DNA of 64,000 nucleotides from Octopus vulgaris (lineage: Eukaryota). This document shows positions 54,771-64,000 of this stretch, one piece after another. The stretch spans positions 39,246,001 to 39,310,000 of the forward strand of contig OX597833.1 of the NCBI GenBank assembly GCA_951406725.2, given 5' to 3'. Position 1 is the first letter of the stretch; each line of letters begins with the position of its first letter. The position numbers and the translations under genes are program-made. The notes beneath the pieces were generated by a model. It was not told where the DNA came from. It was given only the letters and a program-made list of their open reading frames with translations, and did no database searches.

Positions 54771-54853
54771 CTTTCGACATATGTTTCGAAGACAACATTG
54801 GTTTTATTCCAAAGGAATAAACGGTGTAAAATGCAATCTTCTCATCAAGAAAG
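54771..54853 (-). ncRNA. Type I hammerhead ribozyme (C3U variant) with extended stem II
   Basis: Minus strand: CTTTC-TTGATGA-GAAGA..cattt..TTTATTCC ttt GGAATAAA..aatg..TCTTC-GAAA-C atat G-TC-GAAAG; palindromic ACATATGT; (TA)n about 45 bp away. Confidence 0.75.
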
Positions 54854-55437
54854 AAAGAGAACCTATCTCAACAACAAGACATTATAACAATTTATTTATT
54901 TACTTATACTACACAAATTACTGCACATTAACCCGGAGTTTCTACCTTTGAATAGGTCGCTACATCCTTGTTACTTGCATGAATTTTGCTACCTTGGTAA
55001 CAGTTTATTGAATTTTCCATGTTAATGGTAAACAAAGGATAATTCATATTCATTTTGCTTTATATTAGCTATGATAACCAAGTTCAGTCAAAACAGTGTT
55101 GTCTTCTGTGACCTGCTGATACAGGTAACATCCATATATATTAATAATAAGGAAATATGTCTACCAAAAACATAATCATCTCCAAGAAAAAATATATTTC
55201 TTTTAATATATAAAATGCATAGCAGGAGACATTTGCCCCAGGTTCAGTCCTTCTGCATGGTACCTAAGCAAGTGTCTTTTACTTTGAGCTGTTAAAAGTT
55301 TTGAGAGGTGATTTGTCAGACAGAAACTGGAAGAAGTCTGTTGTGTATATTTCATGACACTGTAAGCATGACAGATTTTTGTTTACAACTATCACACAAT
55401 GCCAAGGGAGGGAAGCACCAACATATGTATGTATGTG

Positions 55438-55486
<49 letters not shown>

Positions 55487-55515
55487 ATACAATATGTTAC
55501 ATTACTCGGTAGTCA

Positions 55516-55578
55516 AGATAAAACTCTGAGTTTCAGATGCCGAAGTGGAAATCCACAACACCATCTCTTCGGTTATCT
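55516..55578 (-). ncRNA. Hammerhead motif, left PLE arm
   Basis: Mirror copy of 57300-57362. Confidence 0.7.
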
Positions 55579-55772
55579 GGCTATTTGAAAACGTTATGAA
55601 AAAATACCGTTAAAAATGAAGGGAAATTACTCTGTTATAACTCTGCTTTGCCTGCGTACTTATACATCGCTCGCATTTTTCGTCATAAAAATTATATAAA
55701 ATACATAAAAATATATAAAAATATATAAAAAATATATAAAATCTTCTTGGGACATAACACAGAAAGCATGTT

Positions 55773-56196
55773 CTATCCGTTTTCTTTAGGGGACCAAAAA
55801 CGTAACAGAAATTTAGTCACATGTGGGCATGATCCGAAAAGCTCTGTCCTTGTATTTAGACATGTGGTAGGGTCTAAGCTGCTTTTCCAGATAAGCCATC
55901 TCTCCATGTCGCATAAACCGCACCTTCCGCTGCCGTTAGTGTAGGGCTTACATCTGGCCAAAATCTTCCATTGTATGTTATAATCGACACCTTTATCTCT
56001 TAAAGACCAAATATGATTGGATAATTGTGTCGCTTTTCTTTTGTTCCAGTGCCTAAAGCTCAAAGTGTGGTTATTGAACCTGGCCTTGAAATTACCCTCT
56101 GTCAGGCCCACGTATTTCTTCGTCGAAACGGTGTCTTTAGTGGTTATAGAGTTTACGGTAGCTTCATATATGATGGTCTTGGACATGCAAGCTCCA
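55773..56196 (-). pseudogene. Inverted duplicate of the GIY-YIG endonuclease domain
   Basis: Translation identical to the C-terminal 137 aa of the 56473-57105 ORF. Confidence 0.9.
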
Positions 56197-56203
56197 ATGA
56201 TAG

Positions 56204-57105
56204 CCCAATGATAGACTAAGTTATATTAATGTAGGTTCATGCCATCCCCCTATAGTATTCAAAAATTTAGTTAAAAATATTAGTAAGAGGATTTCTAGCC
56301 TCTCATCTAATGAGGACATCTTCAATAGCGTTGCCCCAGTTTATAATAAAGCTTTAAAAGATAGTGGTTTTAGCGAAAAAATAAAATATACACCTATCAC
56401 CAGCCCAACAGTAAGGAAAAGGAATAATAGAAATAGGAAGGTCATCTGGTTTACGCCCCTTACTCACCCGAGGTGGCCTTCAATATAGGTAAATATTTCC
56501 TAGCACTGATAGATAGACATTTTCCAGTTAACCATGCTTATAGGAAACTCTTCAATAGACACAATTTAAAAATTAGTTTTAGTTCAACTACCAATTTTAA
56601 AAACATAATCAATCATAACATACAAAAAACACAAGAAGAAAACAGCTGTTCATGCAGGAATAAAGAATTGTGCCCGCTAAATGGAGCTTGCATGTCCAAG
56701 ACCATCATATATGAAGCTACCGTAAACTCTATAACCACTAAAGACACCGTTTCGACGAAGAAATACGTGGGCCTGACAGAGGGTAATTTCAAGGCCAGGT
56801 TCAATAACCACACTTTGAGCTTTAGGCACTGGAACAAAAGAAAAGCGACACAATTATCCAATCATATTTGGTCTTTAAGAGATAAAGGTGTCGATTATAA
56901 CATACAATGGAAGATTTTGGCCAGATGTAAGCCCTACACTAACGGCAGCGGAAGGTGCGGTTTATGCGACATGGAGAGATGGCTTATCTGGAAAAGCAGC
57001 TTAGACCCTACCACATGTCTAAATACAAGGACAGAGCTTTTCGGATCATGCCCACATGTGACTAAATTTCTGTTACGTTTTTGGTCCCCTAAAGAAAACG
57101 GATAG
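56204..57105 (+). pseudogene. PLE polyprotein C-terminus: RT thumb, Cys-rich linker, GIY-YIG endonuclease (one frameshift at ~56459)
   Basis: PNDRLSYINVGSCHPP...ALKDSGF...RNRKVIWFTP/YSPEVAFNIGKYFLALIDRHFP...CSCRNKELCPLNGAC..IIYEA...YVGLTE..FKARFNNH...LSNHIW...CGLCDME...LNTRTELFGSCPH. Confidence 0.92.
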
Positions 57106-57299
57106 AACATGCTTTCTGTGTTATGTCCCAAGAAGATTTTATATATTTTTTATATATTTTTATATATTTTTATGTATTTTATATAATTTTTATGACGAAA
57201 AATGCGAGCGATGTATAAGTACGCAGGCAAAGCAGAGTTATAACAGAGTAATTTCCCTTCATTTTTAACGGTATTTTTTCATAACGTTTTCAAATAGCC

Positions 57300-57362
57300 A
57301 GATAACCGAAGAGATGGTGTTGTGGATTTCCACTTCGGCATCTGAAACTCAGAGTTTTATCT
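57300..57362 (+). ncRNA. Hammerhead motif in the PLE 3' region (U4C, GUU variant)
   Basis: AGATAA-CCGAAGA-GATG..GTGGA tt TCCAC..CATCt-GAAA-CTC a GAG-TT-TTATCT; homologous to the intact copy at 29443. Confidence 0.7.
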
Positions 57363-57737
57363 TGACTACCGAGTAATGTAACATATTGTATAGATAAATT
57401 TCCTCTATTTACATAATATTGGGGTCTCTTTCTTTCTTTTGTTATCTTAACTTTTTATCAATATATATATATATATATATATATGCATACACATATGGTG
57501 TGTTTACATCCCCGTAACTTAATGGTTCGGCAAAAGAGGCCAATAGAATAAGTACTAGGCTTACAATATACATATATGTATATATATATATAGCACGCCA
57601 CAATTTTTTCACCCTCATTTTGACTATATATATATATATATATTTATAATACAAATGCGAAAATGTATATATATATATTTATGTATATATGTATATGTCT
57701 ATATGTATATATATAAATATATATGTATATATATATA

Positions 57738-57815
<78 letters not shown>

Positions 57816-57911
57816 TATATATATATACATATATATACACATACATATATATATTATATATACATACTTATATATACACATACACATATATATTATATAT
57901 ACATACATATA

Positions 57912-57948
<37 letters not shown>

Positions 57949-58428
57949 CTTTTATCAGAAAGCCACAGAAACGAATACTGTTTGAACTATATTTGTTTAT
58001 ATAGTCTTGTGCAGTTCAAACAGCAATCCAGCACACCACCACTACCACTACCAACACCATCACCAACACCACTTCTACTCTCATCCCCCTCACTAAAACC
58101 ACAATAAGAATCACAATAAAAATTTAAATTATCAACTCACAAAAGAAAGTAGAAAAAAGAATTGGATGTTAATAATGATATTTTAGAACTAAGTCTAAAA
58201 TAATTAAATTTAATATTTGCTATTTAAAAATGATTTGATATGAAATCTTAATTTTAATCATGTTCATATCAAAACAAAATATAAAAATAATTAAAATAAA
58301 TATCAGAATATGAATAATGACAAAAAATCTGAAAATAAAACAATAACAACAACAGCAACAATGATAATAATATTAGTTATAATAATAATAATAATAATAA
58401 TAATGATAATAATAATAATGATAATAAT

Positions 58429-58495
<67 letters not shown>

Positions 58496-60119
58496 GTCAA
58501 AATAATAACAAAAAATATCAACATAAAGTATTAATAAAAAATATAAAGATGTAATATAAATAATAATATAGAAATATGAAATATATTTTTTTTATTGCTT
58601 TAGTCAGGAGGAAAGGGTTGTGTCTATAGTCTTTACAAAAATAACAAAAAAGTATTAAAACAAAATATAAAAAAGAAAATATCTAAATATCAAATTTATA
58701 AAAAATCAACAAAAAATTATAATAAATATGATATAATAAATAAAATAATGAAACAATACCCAAAATATATCATAAAAATAAACAAGAAATTAAAAGAGTT
58801 TATAAAAATACTGAAAAATACTATAAATAATAAATGAGAAGGAATAAAAAAAATAACAGATTATTTCTATAGGAGATAGTGTGGGATATAAAAATAAAAT
58901 ATACTCTTTGCATAAATTTGCATATAATTATAGTGATTAAAATAATATTGACTAATGTATTTACTTTTAGATCCAAAATACAGCTATTTTATTATATTCT
59001 AGGTCATTATTGATGTTGTTGCTGCTGTGGTTAGTTATTGTTCTTATTGTTAATCTTTCAAGTCACTGTGACTGCTTGTGTTGTTGCAGTTGTTGTTGTC
59101 GTTGTTGTTGTTGTTCATGCTACTATGCTTCTTGTTATTCTTGTAGCTATTGTACACACCACTACGATTGATGTTGTTGTTATTGTTGTAGTTATTGTAA
59201 ACATCAGAGCAATTTATTCTTTTTTCTTTTGATGTTGCTGTGTTATATTAATTGTTGCCATTATTGTTGATGGTGAAGGGGGGGGCATGGCTTAGTGGTT
59301 CGGGTGTTTGGCTCATGATCGTAAGGTCAGGAGGTCAATTCCCGGCAGCCCGGTGTGTCCTTGAGCAAGATACTTTATTTGACATTACTCCAATCCACCC
59401 AGCAGACATGTAATTCAAAGGGGCTGGCCATGTCATATTCTGTGTCATGCTGAATCTCCCAGAGAACTACGTGAAGAGTACATGTGTCTGTGGAGCACTC
59501 AGCCACTTGCACTTTGATTTCATGAACAGGCTGTTCCATTGATCAGATTAACTGGAACCATCATCACTGTAAGTGATGGAGGGCCAGTGCCAAGCAAGCT
59601 GGCAGAATCATTAGCATGCTGGACGAAATGCTTTGTGGCATTTCTTCTTGGCTTTGCATTCTGAGTTCAAATTCTCCTGAGGTTGATGTTACCTTTTATC
59701 TTTTTGGGGTCAATAAAATAAGTATCAGTTGAGCACTGGGGTCAATGTAATCAACTTACTCCCTCCCTCAGAATTACTGGCCTTGTGCCAATATTTGAAA
59801 TCATTCTTGATTCCATTGTGAAGATGGAAAGCTAGCAGAATCATTGCATGCTGGGCAAAATGCTTAGTGGCATTTTGTCTGTCTTCATGTTCTGAGTTCA
59901 AATTCTGCTGAGGTGAACTTTGTCTTTTATCTTTTTGGGGGATCAATGAAATAAATGCCAGTTGAGTACTGGGGTTAATGTAATCGACTTAACCACTCTA
60001 CAGGAATTACTAGCCTTGTGCTAAAATCTGGAATCATTGTTGATGCCATTGTGAGGAAGGAAAGCTAGTGGAATCATTAACATGTCAGACAAAATGGCTA
60101 GTAACACTTTTTTGAATCC

Positions 60120-60830
60120 TGATAGATTTAGACAAACACATTGCTATTTTTAATTCTTTCCTTTTCATGGGTGAGATCTTTCAGCTATTCATTAGGTTGG
60201 CCATGGGCACAAAAGTGGGATCCAAGTATGCTAATGTATCTCTTGGTTAGGTTGATTCCCAAATATTTTCCCAGTTCTCTGGTCCTACCCAAGTGTTTAG
60301 GCCCCAATTATGTTAATCTGTCGATTATGATGAGTCCCAAATGTCTTCCCGGTTCATTAGTGTTAACCCTAAAGCTAAGGTCCTAATTATATCAATCTAT
60401 CTCTTCATTATGTCAAGTCCCGAATATTTTACCAGTTCACTGAGAAAATATATAGAGCTACAAAGAAAATATACAGAGCTACAGGGCCACTAGATTGATG
60501 ATTGTATCAATTCCACCTCTCCTTCTCTTTGTCTCTGTACTATAAAGCACTAAACTTCATCTTCTTCATTAACTCCCTTATTCTACCTCTCCATCTCTGA
60601 TATCTCCCTCAATTTCCTTGACATTTCTATCTCTATTGACCAACTCACTCTTACCATCTCTGTTTCCTTTAAACCCAATGATCCCCACTTATACCTTGAT
60701 TGTACTTCTTTCTACTCTGCTCACACCAAGCACACCATCCCTTTCTCCCAGTAGCTCTATCTCCATCATTTCTCTAGCTGCAATCATGACTCTGAGACTC
60801 ACGCTTAGCGTAAGGAATATGGACTCTTAT
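60120..60830 (+). pseudogene. Degenerate Penelope-like (Neptune-like) RT
   Basis: AMGTKVGSKYAN, H*IDDCI (YIDD), SLNFLDISISI...VSFKPNDPHLYLDCTS...HTIPFSQ. Confidence 0.75.
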
Positions 60831-61002
60831 ATAGCTTACCATAAACTGATTCTGATTTCATAGAATATGTGTTCTAAGAAGATTTGCTTGTGGTGTTGAA
60901 GTGTTGTTCTGATACAGAGTTACTTCATATTACTATAGAAGTGTATCTGTGTGTTTTAATGTATGTGTTTGCATTGAAGTGCATATATATATATATATAT
61001 AT

Positions 61003-61054
<52 letters not shown>

Positions 61055-61126
61055 ATAGGTAGATAGATAGATATAGATATATATAGACATATATACACAT
61101 ACATATACATACATACATATATATAT

Positions 61127-61175
<49 letters not shown>

Positions 61176-61800
61176 GATATATATATATGCATGTTGTAGC
61201 ATGTATCTTTGTGTTGTAGTATGTGTAAAGTGCATGTGTGTGTGTGTGTGTGTCTATGCATTGTTTCGCTTTGTTCATGTTGTTCAATGTTTTATTCACA
61301 GACCTAATGTTTGCATTTGTGATTTCAGGTGGTTCTTGGGTCGTTGCCAGTTCATTGTGTTATGTTTTTGCTTTTAAATTTTTTAGTTAATTGTGCATGT
61401 GTGTGTGTGTGAATGTATTTACAAATATACATACATACATACATACATATATATGTATATATATATATACATATACATTTGTATTCGCACATATATACAT
61501 ACAGATGTACACATATATATACATATATATATGATATAATATACATGTATATATGTATATGTATATAGATATATATGATATAATATACATGTATATATGT
61601 ATATGCACACACCCATGCACACACACATACACACATATATATATGTATATGAGTAAATATGCACGTGTGTGTGTGTGTATACACATGTAAACATATTTGG
61701 ATGTGTGAGCATTTGTGTAAGTGTACGTATGTGTACATGTGTGTAAGTATATATGCACTTGCACACACGTCTACACATATTTACATGCTGTTTCTGACAG

Positions 61801-61888
61801 TCCGTCATGTATACATTGGCAAGAAGCCAGAGAAGAATCATCGGAAATTCTTTCTTTCCAAAACTGGGCGAAAAGTCCAAAATTCTTC
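61801..61888 (+). other. Candidate internal exon
   Basis: Preceded by TGTTTCTGACAG and followed by GTAAGC; CpG-containing unique sequence, open in all three frames; no protein family recognised. Confidence 0.25.
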
Positions 61889-61976
61889 GTAAGCATCGAA
61901 CCTGTTTCCTAAACCTACCATTGGAAACTGTTCTTAGTTGTGACCACCACCACCACCACCACCACCACCACCACCA

Positions 61977-62015
<39 letters not shown>

Positions 62016-62258
62016 CAGCACCATTGATTCCATCATTACCATAAACAAATTATAAAAAATAAAATACTGACTAATCACAAATATCTTCACATATAAGTGC
62101 CTTTGTATTGATTAGAAATTAGTATATAAATATCTCTTAGTCTATGTACATACGTAAATATATGTATATATATATAAATATATATAAATATATTTATGAC
62201 AGATAAATAGATAGATAGATAGATTGATAGAAAATATGTGACAATTAGTTGGCTGTTA

Positions 62259-62320
62259 TAATAAAACTCAGAGTTTCGGATACCAGGGCTGAAGTCTGCT
62301 CCGGCATGTTATCAGTTAAG
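62259..62320 (-). ncRNA. Degenerate hammerhead of the 29443/57300 family
   Basis: Minus strand: TTAA-CTGATAA-catgCCGG..CTGGtaatcc-GAAA-CTC t GAG-TT-TATTA (G8A). Confidence 0.55.
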
Positions 62321-62575
62321 ACAAAATGCTATTCCAATGAGATCGCATATGCCTGCTCCATCATATGATCTCATGCTCACATCTGTATTGGTTGTTTTAA
62401 CCCTCTCTGCATTCTCACCAAAGAGTAAATTCTTTCTAGCATGGAATATTATTTCCTTATCTTGTATACTAATTTCTATAAATTCGCTAGCGATGGTGAG
62501 GGCTTTATCGAGCAGTTCCTTAGAGATGGAAGCATAGAAATCTCCAATATTTCCGATGAGATAGCGTTTTGTTTT
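62320..62575 (-). pseudogene. Penelope-like RT core fragment
   Basis: DFYASISKELLDKAL...DKEIIFHARKNLLF...DVSMRSYDGAGICDLIG. Confidence 0.8.
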
Positions 62576-62723
62576 AATAACTGTTATGTTATGGGGATGT
62601 AAGCTCACCAAATACCAGTTGTCAAGTGGTGGTGGAGGACAAATTCACACATACATAAATACACACACACATATACATACATGCACTCACACACACACAC
62701 ATATATATGTATATATATGTGTG

Positions 62724-62945
62724 TGACCGCCATGTTAAATCGTTAGCTCCTGCACGCATTTTTTTTTTTTTCCTCTCCTTGTTTCTCTCCGTGTTTCTTT
62801 TCTGTGTATCTTTCTGTTGAAGAGCGTAGGCTCGAAAGGTAAAAGACTTGTTTTATTTCTATTCCTGAGCGCCATACTAATACAATTGTTTGTTTGTACT
62901 CCACCTGCCTTCGTCCTTTGTTTATTTTTGTAAGCTTCCTGTTAT
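62724..62945 (+). mobile_element. Second copy of the HHR-bearing element (HHR at 62809-62846)
   Basis: Colinear with 193-410; same CTGTTGA core. Confidence 0.7.
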
Positions 62946-63466
62946 GTATATATATATGTACATATATATGTATATATTTATGTGTGTGTCTTAGTGTCTG
63001 CGTTTGTCCCACCGCTATCACTTGACAACCAATGCTGGTGTGTTTATGTCCCTGTAACTTTGCAGTTCGATCAAAGAGACTGATACAATAAGTACTTGGC
63101 TCACAAAAGAATAAGTCTTGGGTTGCTCCAGTATGGCTGCAGTCAAACGACCAAAGCAAGCAAAAGGTTAAAAGATAGAATATAAAAGATACACATAAGA
63201 GCATGACTCTGAATGCTGTTTTTAAAACCTACTCCATTCTCTAGTGCCATTACAGTTATGGATGTCTGCCTGTTGACATTGTGCCATTATATAACTTACT
63301 TACATTTTAATAAGTAGCTTTTAGCAAACTTTCATCATCTTGAAAGGAAACAGTTAAGAGACACCAGATGAGCTGCACTCTCACTCTCCATGTTACATGT
63401 TTCTATTCATCTTTCCTTCTCTCGTTTTGTATCTCTGTCTTTATGTTAGTTCTTTCTATTGCCTTC

Positions 63467-63506
<40 letters not shown>

Positions 63507-63704
63507 GTCTAACTCTTTCTGTTTGTGTCTCTCCCTGTTTCAGACTCTCAAATTTTATCCATCATTTTTAACTCTGGCTTTTGCTATCACTTTTTTAATT
63601 ACCCTTTCATATTTCTTCTCCATACATTCTTCTCTCTATTTGGTTTTATCTTTCACACACTTTCTCTCTCTCACTCTCTCTTTCAGTAACTCTGTCTCTT
63701 TATG

Positions 63705-63764
63705 TCTACCTACCTACCTACCTATCTATCTTTCCATCTATCTTTCCATATATCTATCTGTCTG

Positions 63765-63844
<80 letters not shown>

Positions 63845-63857
63845 CCTACCTACCTAC

Positions 63858-63932
<75 letters not shown>

Positions 63933-63949
63933 GCTACCTACCTACCTAC

Positions 63950-64000
<51 letters not shown>
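63705..64000. repeat. (TATC)n/(TACC)n array
   Basis: Direct reading. Confidence 0.97.

Larger units (their letters stand above)
55482..57465 (+). mobile_element. 5'-truncated Penelope-like retroelement with an inverted pseudo-LTR
   Basis: 55482-56196 is the reverse complement of 56682-57396 (715 bp each); RT-thumb/GIY-YIG coding region; HHR in each arm; inserted in (TA)n. Confidence 0.93.

Overview
Eukaryotic, AT-rich, microsatellite-dense DNA with no recognisable intact host gene. The tRNA-derived SINE families and the repeat landscape suggest an octopus/cephalopod genome (inference). Almost all ORFs in the track are microsatellite or SINE artefacts. Real content: many SINE copies; remnants of mariner, hAT, Helentron-type, RTE/RTE-X and R4/Dong-like elements; several Penelope-like (PLE) fragments; and a young PLE at 55482-57465 with 715-bp inverted arms, a GIY-YIG ORF and a hammerhead ribozyme (HHR) motif in each arm. 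The main finding is about 16-18 minimal type I hammerhead motifs from several unrelated sequence families, read by eye on both strands. Most lie in short non-coding elements next to (TA)n tracts, several form inverted pairs, and six keep the canonical CUGANGA...GAAA...UH core. Several fold-back palindromes of 0.15-1.35 kb also occur. All calls are from manual reading; no database search or folding software was run.
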